A DNA stretch of 64,000 bases, taken from Elusimicrobiota bacterium. GTDB lineage: Bacteria; Elusimicrobiota; Elusimicrobia; F11. A program made the position numbers and the translations under genes. Below the pieces are notes generated by a model. It worked only from the letters and a program-made list of their open reading frames with translations, had not been told where the DNA came from and did not search any database. The stretch covers positions 128,001 through 192,000 of the forward strand of contig JBGAON010000001.1 of NCBI GenBank assembly GCA_044221725.1, read 5' to 3'. Positions 1 through 9,264 of this stretch are shown here, piece after piece (the first letter of the stretch is position 1; each line of letters opens with the position of its first letter).

Positions 1-716
1 TTCTGCTCGTTGAATTTTTCGGGAAAAAGAATGTGGGGGTTCCCCTTCTCATCGATCCAATCCGCCGCCAGGTTTATGACCTTCCAATGGGAAAAGCCGG
101 GATCCGATTTGATAAAGCCCGCGAGATCCTCCGAGTGCCAACGCGTCATGATCACAATGATCTGCCCGCCGTCGTCCAAGCGGGGCAGAAGATCCCGCTG
201 AAACCAACCCATCACCTTCGCCCGCTGGTGATAGGTCTGCGTGTTCCGGTTGCTGCAGGGATCATCCACGATGATGAGATTGGGGTGCATCGACACCACG
301 GTTCCCAAAACCGAGCCCACAGCGATGCTCGGCTCTTTTCGGATCTCGGTGCGGGGAATTTGGATGCGCTCCTCGGTCCAGGTATTGGCTTGGAGATCCC
401 AATTCCCGTATTTTTCGCGGAACCGCTGGTTCTCCGTCAGGTGCGCTTTGATCTCGCGTAAAAAACCTTTCGACTGATCCAGTATTTCGTTCACGAGTAA
501 AATTCTCATGTTCGGATCTTCCATGAGCCTGAAGAGCGGATAGGTGATGGTGCAGGCGGAGGTTTTGAAATGACCGACCGGAGCGCACATGAGGATGTAC
601 TTCTCTCGCAAGAGGATGTCGAACCAGGACAAGTGAAGCTCGGTGAATTGCTTGTAGCCCAGCACGTCGCGGCCAAAGAAAAAGAGTTCCTGGAGGCGTT
701 CCGAGTGGGATTTCAT
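1..716 (-). CDS. terL: Phage terminase large subunit, ATPase domain (3' end beyond window edge)
   Basis: Translated by hand, not in ORF track: MKSHSERLQELFFFGRDVLGY...ILMCAPVGHFKTS (Walker A)...LIIVDDP (Walker B)...IIVIMTRWHSEDL; frame open to base 1. Confidence 0.88.
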   Translation of the reverse strand, partial: MKSHSERLQELFFFGRDVLGYKQFTELHLSWFDILLREKYILMCAPVGHFKTSACTITYPLFRLMEDPNMRILLVNEILDQSKGFLREIKAHLTENQRFREKYGNWDLQANTWTEERIQIPRTEIRKEPSIAVGSVLGTVVSMHPNLIIVDDPCSNRNTQTYHQRAKVMGWFQRDLLPRLDDGGQIIVIMTRWHSEDLAGFIKSDPGFSHWKVINLAADWIDEKGNPHILFPEKFNEQ

Positions 717-727
717 CTCCCGCTCCC

Positions 728-951
728 TGTACGAAAAAAAGATGGTTTCGTACAAAAAATGGAAAGCCCTCTTTTCCCTGGTGTGTTTCGTACATAAAAA
801 AATGGAATGTTTCCCTTGGGCGCGTGCGAAACACAACCAAAGGGGAGGCATACGCGATAATCGAAGGAAATTTTACGCTCGGCGACCGCCGCCGAAAAAA
901 CGCCGGTCTTCCGTCGAGGAACCACTCGACATAATGGCGCATTATGTCGAG
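728..951. repeat. Repeat cluster between terS and terL (candidate packaging site)
   Basis: TTTCGTACA at 746 and 786, inverted at 728; perfect 12-bp inverted repeat CTCGACATAATG-gcg-CATTATGTCGAG at 925-951. Confidence 0.6.
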
Positions 952-959
952 CAGGGACG

Positions 960-1535
960 CTAACCGTTTGCACTGTTTCCCTCCGCCTGCGCCGAGTCAG
1001 GAGCTGGCGCGTCGGCAAGGATTTCAATCGCCGGTATTGGTTCGACGGTGGTGACGGCCTGGCTCTCTTTCATTGGGGACTCCGTCCCGTGGGACTTCGG
1101 CCCGTTTGTTTCCTTTCTTTCCAGAAACTTTTGAACCGTTATTTTCACTTCCTCCGACACCTCCATAACTCTATCGGGAACCGACGTTTTTGCGGTGAGC
1201 GAGCCGAACTGGGCTTGCCGGTCGAAGAGTTCGCTGATGATCTGAACCAGATCCCGAGCCGACGCCTCCGACAATTTCTTTTTGAGAATTTTAAGCGAGG
1301 CGAAAATGATGTCCCACACTTCTCTTGTCAATCGACCTTGAATCCGGACGGCCACCGGGTTATGGCCTGGCTCATCGGGCTGGAACTTGTTCGCATTATC
1401 CAGCCAATATTTGACGGTCGACTTTTGAAGCTGGAGGCTTTTTGCAATATCGCTCAGCTTCATGCCGCCTTCGAATTTTGCGATGGCGGACTGGATCATC
1501 GCCGTCGAGTGGCGTTGGGGGCCTTTCCGTCTCAT
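960..1535 (-). CDS. HTH protein, probable terminase small subunit
   Basis: N-terminal HTH (GMKLSDIAKSLQLQKSTVKYW), helical core, low-complexity tail; lies directly upstream of terL. Confidence 0.65.
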   Translation of the reverse strand: MRRKGPQRHSTAMIQSAIAKFEGGMKLSDIAKSLQLQKSTVKYWLDNANKFQPDEPGHNPVAVRIQGRLTREVWDIIFASLKILKKKLSEASARDLVQIISELFDRQAQFGSLTAKTSVPDRVMEVSEEVKITVQKFLERKETNGPKSHGTESPMKESQAVTTVEPIPAIEILADAPAPDSAQAEGNSANG

Positions 1536-1846
1536 GAGCGCCGGACTTTGTTTTCCTCGCCGTTCGGATGGGGCGCGTGAATCAACGGGGAAGAGATCTC
1601 CGTTGGCAGACCCATCTTTTTCTTTTCGTCTTTTATGAGCGCCATGGCGATGTTGGTGGCGTTCGCTTTCTGGACGTAGCGATGAAAATCAATGTCGAGC
1701 TTCGCGCTCGAAATGATCTTCCCGACCAGGTTGCAGATTGAATTAGCCCGCGACGGCGTTGACTTCCCATCTTTGACCAACAGAATCTCCTCGGTCAGTA
1801 TCTTCCGTATGTCCTCTGTGTTCTGAATGATGGTTTTTTGATTCAT
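1532..1846 (-). CDS. Phage hypothetical protein (104 aa, MNQKTIIQ...)
   Basis: ATG at 1846 with AAGGAG SD; ATGA-type coupling to terS. The track's 269-aa version is over-extended. Confidence 0.65.
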   Translation of the reverse strand: MNQKTIIQNTEDIRKILTEEILLVKDGKSTPSRANSICNLVGKIISSAKLDIDFHRYVQKANATNIAMALIKDEKKKMGLPTEISSPLIHAPHPNGEENKVRRS

Positions 1847-2732
1847 CTTTTTCTCCTTGCACAGCTTTCTTAAGTTCCTGATTGAGTTTTTTGATCTCGC
1901 GCAATTCAGGGTATCGTGCCACCGGACGCTCCAGGCACCGGCGGCAAAATTCGGTTGGGGTGGATTTATGTTTTGAGCGACCGCATCCAGGGCAAGGAAC
2001 CTTGGCGATGACCCTGTTCGGATGAGTTCTGCGCCATTCCTTGACACAAACCCAGCTGCACTTTTTCTTGTCGTGGCTATCAGTCTGAAAAACCTTTCCA
2101 CAAACCTCACAAGCCACATCTCGAAGCCGGGGTTTGTAAAGTTTGAGTTGAGCCTTGCACTTCGCACACAACCCTTCTTTGGCGCACGATCCTCCACATC
2201 GAGTGCATCGATTCGCAGGGACGAGCTTCGGTCTTCCAGCCAAAAAACAGTTTCTCGAACAATAGACCTTGCCACTGCCTCGAGGCCGATACGGCAACCC
2301 ACAGTGAAGGCAGTACTGTACGTGGAGCTTATGGAGCTCATTTCTTCTTGAGAGTCTCAACAAACGTTCCCATCGAAGCGCTGCGTCTCGCGCAATAAGT
2401 CCCCAGAACGTTTCGGACTCTTCCCAGGCAGGAACTGAATCTCCCATTGCTTGACGTTCTACCTCGTAAAGAGCCCGGGCGAATCGTTTGACGCGATCTT
2501 GCCGGCCTTTGGATGAGACAAGAACATCAGGTTTTTTCTTGACCGGCTCTTCAAATGGTTCCGTAGATTTCTCAATCCAGTACAGAAGCGTGGTTCTGAT
2601 AATTCCCAATTCACGAGCGATCTTGAACGGATCCTCGCCCGCCTCGACTCGCCTCAATGATTCTGCGCGAAGTTCGGGTGAATACTTGCGGTATGTTCTT
2701 GTCCCGTGAACTTCCATCTCAAGTGGACTCAA
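1743..2732 (-). CDS. HTH plus multiple Cys zinc-finger protein
   Basis: RKYSPELRAE...IARELGI...LLYW HTH; many CxxC pairs (CLHC, YCSRNC, CTRC, CAKC, CEVC, CSWVC, CPGC, CRRC); TTG start with GAGGAGG SD. Confidence 0.7.
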   Translation of the reverse strand: MSPLEMEVHGTRTYRKYSPELRAESLRRVEAGEDPFKIARELGIIRTTLLYWIEKSTEPFEEPVKKKPDVLVSSKGRQDRVKRFARALYEVERQAMGDSVPAWEESETFWGLIARDAALRWERLLRLSRRNELHKLHVQYCLHCGLPYRPRGSGKVYCSRNCFLAGRPKLVPANRCTRCGGSCAKEGLCAKCKAQLKLYKPRLRDVACEVCGKVFQTDSHDKKKCSWVCVKEWRRTHPNRVIAKVPCPGCGRSKHKSTPTEFCRRCLERPVARYPELREIKKLNQELKKAVQGEKDESKNHHSEHRGHTEDTDRGDSVGQRWEVNAVAG

Positions 2733-2958
2733 CAGCCCTCCTCAATCGTCTTTGATAATTCCGCTGATATTTTTTCCGCCATGAACGCCAACACTCCGCG
2801 TGATACGTTTGATTGCAAAACCACGGCCACAGTGTTTTTCCACACACGCGACATTTTCGTTTCGGCGGCGCGATCAATTTTCTCTTGCTCCATATTTTGG
2901 CCTTTGGGCTTGTCATACGTCCATCAACTCTCAAACTGTCAACGGCACATTCGCGCAC
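2719..2958 (-). CDS. Small basic Zn-ribbon-like phage protein
   Basis: CRVCG...HAEC motif; fills the operon gap; start uncertain. Confidence 0.5.
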   Translation of the reverse strand: MRECAVDSLRVDGRMTSPKAKIWSKRKLIAPPKRKCRVCGKTLWPWFCNQTYHAECWRSWRKKYQRNYQRRLRRAVEST

Positions 2959-3377
2959 AAGGTGTTCGCCTCGACTTTATCTGAACCGCTATGCAAAGGA
3001 ATCTTGGCGATAACTTCTGAATGCGTGTCGTGCCATACGCCCATCACGCGGGGCAGAATAAATTTGTCGTTCGTGACCACGCCGCCCAATTGCATCGCGT
3101 CGAACAGAATTTTTCCGTAGTTATGCGCGTCGCAATTGGTTCGAGGCAAGATGAACCAGAGATCCACATATGCGTAGGTTTCGATGGGCTTGAACTTCTC
3201 CCGTTTCATCAATATTTTCAGCTCGAGGCCCACAGTCCGGATGTATTGGCGCGCTTCTTGGGTGAGAATCGACCGGCAGTTCCGGCCCATGCGTACCGGT
3301 TGCATTCTTGCGTTGGTAGAAGGGCAAAGCGGAAGAAACAGCAACACGCCGCCTGTGAGGGTTTGCGATGAGATCAT
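2931..3377 (-). CDS. rusA: RusA-family Holliday junction resolvase
   Basis: LPLCPSTN N-terminus and DAHNYGKILFDAMQ...NDKFI catalytic motif; ATG at 3377 preferred. Confidence 0.8.
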   Translation of the reverse strand: MISSQTLTGGVLLFLPLCPSTNARMQPVRMGRNCRSILTQEARQYIRTVGLELKILMKREKFKPIETYAYVDLWFILPRTNCDAHNYGKILFDAMQLGGVVTNDKFILPRVMGVWHDTHSEVIAKIPLHSGSDKVEANTLCANVPLTV

Positions 3378-3404
3378 CGTGGCTCTTCCCCACCCATCCC
3401 CCGT

Positions 3405-3496
3405 TGCAGGGATGTCAGGCATTTTCCATATAGCCCGTCATACGCGCGTGCGCGCGCGCGTAACGCCGATAATGGAGAATCCCTGACATCCCTGCA
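3405..3496. repeat. 15-bp inverted repeat flanking an alternating purine/pyrimidine tract (candidate replication origin)
   Basis: TGCAGGGATGTCAGG (3405-3419) and CCTGACATCCCTGCA (3482-3496) around ACGCGCGTGCGCGCGCGCGT, just downstream of the primase gene. Confidence 0.6.
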
Positions 3497-3519
3497 GGAG
3501 TTTTGAAAACCGTTGATAA

Positions 3520-5604
3520 TCAATCCTGCCCCCTATCCGTGGGCGCGACCCCAGTAAAAGCGGCATGGCGGGTGCCGGTCACCTTTTGGAACCCCCGATT
3601 GGCCAAATTCTGGGAAAGGCGCTTCTCGGACCCCACATATTCGCCCGCTTCCTCTGCCCATTTTTTCCATGAGGCGTACAGTGCCGCGGTGCGGGATGAC
3701 ACGCTTGGATTTAAAAGACACGCCTCCCCAATCCAGCGGCCCAGCGCGTCTTGGGCTTCAAAATATTCCTCTGTCGCCTCCAAAACGCGCGGCGGCGGAT
3801 TGAGCCCCTGCCTTCGCCATTCACAGCATCCTTGAACCGCCCAGCCGAGAATGCCATCGCGCTCGCGGAGCAGTTTTTCAGAAAGCAATTTGTCGCGCCG
3901 CTCAGGCGGGATGGTCACGGTGAATGGAATCAGGTGGAGACGGCGGCGCATGGCCTCATCCACATCACGAATGGCCGGCTTGTGGTTGCCGGCGATCAAA
4001 AGTTTGAACTGCGGTTTGTAATCGAAAAAATCCTGCCGCATGAAACGTGCGGAGATGGTGTCGCCGCCGGTCAGCACTTTTATTTTTGATTCGTCCCATC
4101 GGTTGTTCTCCGACACTTCCGTCGCGATCACGAGGCGCGCCCCGCGCAATTTGGCCAGATCGGTTGGATGACGGTCGCCTTTCGTCACCATGAACGTGTC
4201 GATGGGCGCGTGCGTGGCATAATCGCCCCACACGGCGGCGAGCGTGTTTACGAAAACCGATTTCCCGTTCGCGCCTGTTCCGTAGAGAAAGAAAAGAACA
4301 TGCTCTGAAGTGATGCCAGTGAGCGCGTACCCTGCCACCCGCGCCAAATAGTTCTGGAGATCCTCGTCCCCCGCCGTCACATCGCTTAGGAATTTGAGCC
4401 AGACAGGACATTCGTTTCCATACGAAGCGGCTGTTATCTTTGTCATGTAGCGTGTTTTCTCATGGGGCAACGATTCGTTGACCAGAAGATTTTGGATTCC
4501 GCTCGGCATATTCAGACTCCACGAATCAATATCCCACTGATCGGTTGTCGCCGCGTGTTTCCGGTCGGCGCGCGCTAGCCGTTCAATGGCGGCGACGGTG
4601 GAGGCGCTCGCAACTTTCGCCGCGATCTTGGATTTCTTGCACCGCGCCGATGCCGCGCGACAGACGAGCCGCGCTAAATCGTAAGCCTGAAGCGTGGTTT
4701 CATTCCGCCAACTCGCGCCATCCCACATAAGCCAGCGCCCCCACGACGCCACATAACGCCACGAATCAGCGTGCTTCTCAGTGAATTCGAGCGCCAAGGC
4801 GTCGTCGGTAAACCCAGGTGGCCTGATTATTTCGTTATCATCCGTTTCAAAATGTTGAGCGGAACCGTTGAGTCCGGGTGGAATATCTTCCGGCGGATAC
4901 CGGGCAATGCTGTCTGAGATATTTTCGATTTCTTTTTCCGAGAGGGGCGGCGAACACCGCTTGGCGTTGACGGTCTTAAGCGCGGCCGATATTTCGTCCG
5001 TGTCCAGGCCGCGCCTTCGCATTGATCCAGCGATGCTGGCCAGGGTCGCGTTCCGCTCGCCTTCGGGGATCGTTCCATTGGTCCCGTTCAGCGGTAGACT
5101 TTGACGATGCTCGCCATTCTCTCTCAACTCGCGGATGACCTCAGGAAGCGCGGCCAGGTGCGTTTCGGCATCGAACCATTCGTAAGGAACGCCGTTAATC
5201 TGGGACCCGGGCGCGACCACATAACCGCCGTCCGCTTTGAGATCCACACCGGGAAGAAGTCCATTCCGGCTTCGGAGTGGCTCGTCCAACAAATAATAAA
5301 GATGCCACCCGCCGCTTGGCGTTCTGGCCATCAAGGTCGGGGTCATGCCTTTTAGTTTTTCGATGGACTCGCGGCCCTTGGCGCCGTTCTTTACATCGAT
5401 ATCCACAACCGCCAATTTCGAAACCATGCCTGTGGCAATCCCGATATTCGCGTCCGGGTATTTCTCCCACCACCGCTTTACGGCATAGACAGATAAGGTG
5501 GCATCCTTGAATCCATTGGGCGTGAGCGGCCGCTTGCCGTTGGGCTCAACGGGGAACACCGGCCAACCGTTATTAACGAAGATAAGCGCTTGCTCCAAAC
5601 TCAT
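3520..5604 (-). CDS. Prim-Pol + PriCT + D5/P4-family SF3 helicase
   Basis: GWPVFP...NIGIATG...VVDIDVKNG...TPSGGWHLYY; GERNATLASIAG; GTGANGKS Walker A; ATG at 5604 coupled to the helicase stop. Confidence 0.93.
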   Translation of the reverse strand: MSLEQALIFVNNGWPVFPVEPNGKRPLTPNGFKDATLSVYAVKRWWEKYPDANIGIATGMVSKLAVVDIDVKNGAKGRESIEKLKGMTPTLMARTPSGGWHLYYLLDEPLRSRNGLLPGVDLKADGGYVVAPGSQINGVPYEWFDAETHLAALPEVIRELRENGEHRQSLPLNGTNGTIPEGERNATLASIAGSMRRRGLDTDEISAALKTVNAKRCSPPLSEKEIENISDSIARYPPEDIPPGLNGSAQHFETDDNEIIRPPGFTDDALALEFTEKHADSWRYVASWGRWLMWDGASWRNETTLQAYDLARLVCRAASARCKKSKIAAKVASASTVAAIERLARADRKHAATTDQWDIDSWSLNMPSGIQNLLVNESLPHEKTRYMTKITAASYGNECPVWLKFLSDVTAGDEDLQNYLARVAGYALTGITSEHVLFFLYGTGANGKSVFVNTLAAVWGDYATHAPIDTFMVTKGDRHPTDLAKLRGARLVIATEVSENNRWDESKIKVLTGGDTISARFMRQDFFDYKPQFKLLIAGNHKPAIRDVDEAMRRRLHLIPFTVTIPPERRDKLLSEKLLRERDGILGWAVQGCCEWRRQGLNPPPRVLEATEEYFEAQDALGRWIGEACLLNPSVSSRTAALYASWKKWAEEAGEYVGSEKRLSQNLANRGFQKVTGTRHAAFTGVAPTDRGQD

Positions 5605-7370
5605 GAGACCGTCCCCGCAGGAACGGACGTTCGTTCGGAAGACGTTTGAGATGGACGGTTGTCCGTCGGACGGTTTTTCAGTTGAAAGGCGTTTAGACAG
5701 CGTTGAATTTTTTGGCAGTTGAATCGCAGATTGAGCAAGCAAGACGCTTTGTACCGCGTCATCGGGCCCTTCATAGATTCGGGTGGCAAATACTGCAACT
5801 GTTTCGGCGTGGGCGGGCTTTGGAGCCAGCGGCGGGATTTGTGCGCCGCCTCTTCTGTCTCATTGGAGTTCATCCAATCATCTGCGGAAGCCAAAGACGC
5901 GATGCGGTCGCCCACATAAAGAACATGCGGAAACTGCCCTTCAACTCCGCCGACGGCGTGCCAGAGCCCTCCGAGCGAATGCCCTTCGGGCGAACGCCCG
6001 TTCAAATTCATGACCAAGGCCCATGCGGTGAATCCCGTTGCCGCAAGAGTGGAGCCGTCACCGTTCACATCGCACCACTGAAACGAGGATCGATTCAACA
6101 GATCGATCTCCGTCATTTCAAAATCCTCCAAAACCTTTTTCTTCGAGCCCGGAAATTCATGGTTACAAAACGGGCATTCCCGAACCTGTATGGGGACCTC
6201 GGCCTCGCATTCGGGACAAATCTTGAGCAGAGGGATGCCGGACCGTTCCTCGTCCTTCTCTTTTTCAACGGAATCCAGATCAATATCCTGCTCCAACGAG
6301 CCGTGGGTGAGGGCGGAGGTGCCGAAATCGAGGATGACGCAATCGGTTTTGATCAGGCCGGGGAAGAGGTTGGGATCAATGGTTCGTAATCCACGACCCA
6401 CCATCTGTACAAACGTTGATTTGTGGGAACAAGGTCTCAGCAGCACGACGCAGGAAATCGGAGGGCAATCCCATCCTTCCGTCGCCACGGCCACGTTGAC
6501 CAAAACTTGCGAAACTCCCTCATGCAATCGGCGAAAAATATCCGCACGCTCATCCGAAGGCGTTTCTCCCGTCACCAACTCCGCCGAAACCCCCGCCTCC
6601 CTGAAGGCTTGCGCCACATGCGCGGCATGAAGCACCGTCGAACAGAAGACCACCGTCCGCCTGTCGCCGGCGTTTTCGCGCCAGTGCCGAATGATTGAAT
6701 CCGTGAGCGGTTTGTGATCCATGATGGAGGCCACTTCTGTCATGTCGAATTCAGAGGCCAACCGGCGCACCTGCTTTAATGAGTCTTGAACTCCCAGGTC
6801 GACGACATATGTGCGGGGCCGGACCAGATGTCCCGACGCAATCAATTCACTGATCGTAATCTGGTCGGCGCAATTGTCAAAAATGTCGCGTAACGGCTTT
6901 CCGTCGCCGCGAAGAGGCGTGGCGGTCACGCCGTAAACCTTCACTTGTGGATTCTTCTTTCGCGCGAAATCAATAATCCGTCGATACGTCGCCGCCTGGG
7001 CGTGATGAGCTTCATCGATAATGATCAGATCAACGGCGGGCATCTCCAGCAGGTTGTTTTCCCGCGCCAACGTTGGAACCATCGCGAACGTGACTTTTCC
7101 AGACCACGATTTGCTTTTCGAATCAACAACGGAAACGCTCATGTGGGGATTAATCTTCAAGAACTTCTCGATGTTCTGGCCGGTGATTTCATCCCGGTGA
7201 GCTAGGATGCAGGCCTTGCTGCCGTTCTCATCCAACATCTCACTGGCCACGGCGGCCAACATCAATGTCTTCCCGCTCGCTGTCGGAGCCACACCCAGCG
7301 TGTTCCCTCGATCTCGGAGTTTTTTGACGCTTCGGTTGACGAATATTTTTTGGCGAGGACGAAGGATCAT
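5601..7370 (-). CDS. SF2 DEAD/DEAH-box helicase with Zn ribbon
   Basis: APTASGKT, DEAHH, TATP, QMVGRGLR; CPEC...CPFC. Confidence 0.93.
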   Translation of the reverse strand: MILRPRQKIFVNRSVKKLRDRGNTLGVAPTASGKTLMLAAVASEMLDENGSKACILAHRDEITGQNIEKFLKINPHMSVSVVDSKSKSWSGKVTFAMVPTLARENNLLEMPAVDLIIIDEAHHAQAATYRRIIDFARKKNPQVKVYGVTATPLRGDGKPLRDIFDNCADQITISELIASGHLVRPRTYVVDLGVQDSLKQVRRLASEFDMTEVASIMDHKPLTDSIIRHWRENAGDRRTVVFCSTVLHAAHVAQAFREAGVSAELVTGETPSDERADIFRRLHEGVSQVLVNVAVATEGWDCPPISCVVLLRPCSHKSTFVQMVGRGLRTIDPNLFPGLIKTDCVILDFGTSALTHGSLEQDIDLDSVEKEKDEERSGIPLLKICPECEAEVPIQVRECPFCNHEFPGSKKKVLEDFEMTEIDLLNRSSFQWCDVNGDGSTLAATGFTAWALVMNLNGRSPEGHSLGGLWHAVGGVEGQFPHVLYVGDRIASLASADDWMNSNETEEAAHKSRRWLQSPPTPKQLQYLPPESMKGPMTRYKASCLLNLRFNCQKIQRCLNAFQLKNRPTDNRPSQTSSERTSVPAGTVS

Positions 7371-7413
7371 GGAACAGCACCTTCCTTCGCTCGCCCTTGT
7401 CCGGGCCGTCGCA

Positions 7414-7896
7414 TTAGAATTTTATTTCGGACTGATCCGGTGACGGTGAGGCCGGCGACGCCGGGGCTTTCGCCGGACCATCTGCTGTCACCGCTTGCGT
7501 TACGGGATCGCCATCCACGTAGAACTTGGAAATCCGGTTTCTTTTCTTTTTGTCGTATTCCTCGATCACCACGTGCGCCTTGCAATATTTGTGCACGTAC
7601 TCGTCGGTGTCGAAGTCGAGGCTTCCGTCGTAAGGAAGCCCCAAGGCATGATTGACCCTGAGCCAAATCCCGTGACCGGGTTCGCCTTTCGGAATAAAGG
7701 TCACGGTGTGAAAACACCGGCCCACGGTTTTACCCTCAAGCGTCATGATGGCGAAAACGAGATCAACCTTCTGACGTTTGGTTTCATTCGTGAGCCCATC
7801 TTCTTTTTCAATCACTTCGACGATGTAATCGTCCTCGGGAGCCAGGGTAAACCCGGCGCTTTCTTGGGATGCGTCCGCTTGAATTTGAACTCTCAT
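7414..7896 (-). CDS. Phage ssDNA-binding-like protein (DUF669-like)
   Basis: Sits between AAA gene and helicase; beta-rich core with flexible tail ending in F. Confidence 0.6.
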   Translation of the reverse strand: MRVQIQADASQESAGFTLAPEDDYIVEVIEKEDGLTNETKRQKVDLVFAIMTLEGKTVGRCFHTVTFIPKGEPGHGIWLRVNHALGLPYDGSLDFDTDEYVHKYCKAHVVIEEYDKKKRNRISKFYVDGDPVTQAVTADGPAKAPASPASPSPDQSEIKF

Positions 7897-8687
7897 TTTT
7901 TTGATCCTCCTTGGGGTTTTGTTGACGTTTTTGTTTCGGCGGGAAGCGGCGGTTTTACGGGAGCGGGTTCCGATTTAAAGACGGCCTCGATGGCTGACCA
8001 CTGATTGGCTTTTGGCAACTCGATGACCCTGTCCTCGAGTTCGGGAATCCGGCTTCCGAAAGCGCCCAGCGGCCCGCCGCTGAAACTGACGAAATACTTC
8101 GTCGTGCCGGCCACCTGTTTCTTGTAACAGTGGCCGATCGCATCAGCGGCCGCCGCAATGAAACTAGCTCCCTTGCCCATGACGTTGATGCCCTGCGGCA
8201 CCACGACGACGCCGTTGGCATCGAGCTTGGGCTCTTTCGTATGGGCCAAGAGAACGATGAGCTTCCCGCTCGCTTTGAAATAGCCGACGAGCGCTTCGAT
8301 CCGCTTTCGGAGCTCCGCAAAGAGGCTCCAAGAATCAACGCCTTGCTTGCGCTCAAGGATATTCTCGAGTCCAGCGGCTCGCGCAACCTCGTCTTCCAGC
8401 ATCGACGCCACGGAATCAAGCGTGTCGATGACGATGCACCGAACGTCTGCGGCCGCAACCGCCGCTTTGAGAACGCTCCTGAAATCAGGGAGCGTTGCAA
8501 CTTCCGCTATGCGGCCGCTGACTCTGTCCGCTCCGCCTTTTTCCATCTCAATAATGATGGAGTCTTTGATGCTCGAACCTAATGTGGTCTTACCGACCTT
8601 CTGCATGCCCACAAAGATGAACAGCCCCTCTGTCGGCATGCCCGTCTTGCGCTTGTCGCGCCATTGCGGCAATGTCGTGTCCTCCAT
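7893..8687 (-). CDS. Phage AAA_24/Sak4-like ATPase
   Basis: GMQKVGKTT Walker A, IVIDTLD Walker B, LLAH; AGGAGG SD. Confidence 0.8.
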   Translation of the reverse strand: MEDTTLPQWRDKRKTGMPTEGLFIFVGMQKVGKTTLGSSIKDSIIIEMEKGGADRVSGRIAEVATLPDFRSVLKAAVAAADVRCIVIDTLDSVASMLEDEVARAAGLENILERKQGVDSWSLFAELRKRIEALVGYFKASGKLIVLLAHTKEPKLDANGVVVVPQGINVMGKGASFIAAAADAIGHCYKKQVAGTTKYFVSFSGGPLGAFGSRIPELEDRVIELPKANQWSAIEAVFKSEPAPVKPPLPAETKTSTKPQGGSKK

Positions 8688-9258
8688 TGTTTCCTCCTAT
8701 GATGTGTTTCCATCGCTCTCTCTTAATGATCCTCGCTATGGGGGTTGGCCCCATCCCGTACATCTGCGCGAGTTTGAGATAGGTGTAATGTCCCGTGGCG
8801 TAGAGCGCCCGTATTTCGACAACCTGTTTTTCATTCAATTTGGCGCAGTAATGATCGGACCCGTGGGATAAATTTTCGGGATGGCGGCGCGAGGGACTCA
8901 TGTCTCCTCGAAGAAGCCGCTCGGGATGAAGCCTGGATCCGTTCCGGTCGCCTTTGGCTTGCCTGTTCTTAAAGTCTCGGTCGCGGATGTTGTCGATCTC
9001 CGTTCCAATCCAGAGATGGTCGGGGCGGACGCAGGGCGGGTTGTCGCATTTGTGCAACACGCACATGCCCGGCGGAATCGGACCCCGCTCAAATGTCCAC
9101 GACGCGCGGTGGGCACGCCAATTTCTTCCGTCCATCTTGAACTTGCCGTAACCCCGCTTGCTCCTCGCGCGGAGCCATTCCCAACATCCGCTTGTCCGGT
9201 TGACGTTTCGCCAAAACCGAATCTCGTGGGCAATCCGTGGAAAAACGCCTTTTGGCAT
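8590..9258 (-). CDS. HNH homing-type endonuclease
   Basis: CWEW...GYG...AHRASW...VLHKCDNPPCVRPDHLWIGT..DNIRD; C-terminal HTH. Confidence 0.9.
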   Translation of the reverse strand: MPKGVFPRIAHEIRFWRNVNRTSGCWEWLRARSKRGYGKFKMDGRNWRAHRASWTFERGPIPPGMCVLHKCDNPPCVRPDHLWIGTEIDNIRDRDFKNRQAKGDRNGSRLHPERLLRGDMSPSRRHPENLSHGSDHYCAKLNEKQVVEIRALYATGHYTYLKLAQMYGMGPTPIARIIKRERWKHIIGGNNGGHDIAAMARQAQDGHADRGAVHLCGHAEGR

Positions 9259-9264
9259 AGCGAC

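Noticed and set aside
33..942. Track ORFs 33-461(+), 262-942(-) and neighbours
   Set aside because: They are shadows of the terL frame and show no recognisable motifs.
713..1027. 104-aa minus-strand ORF spanning the terS-terL gap
   Set aside because: It runs through palindromes and A-tracts and looks non-coding. Its ATGA overlap with terL means it cannot be fully excluded.
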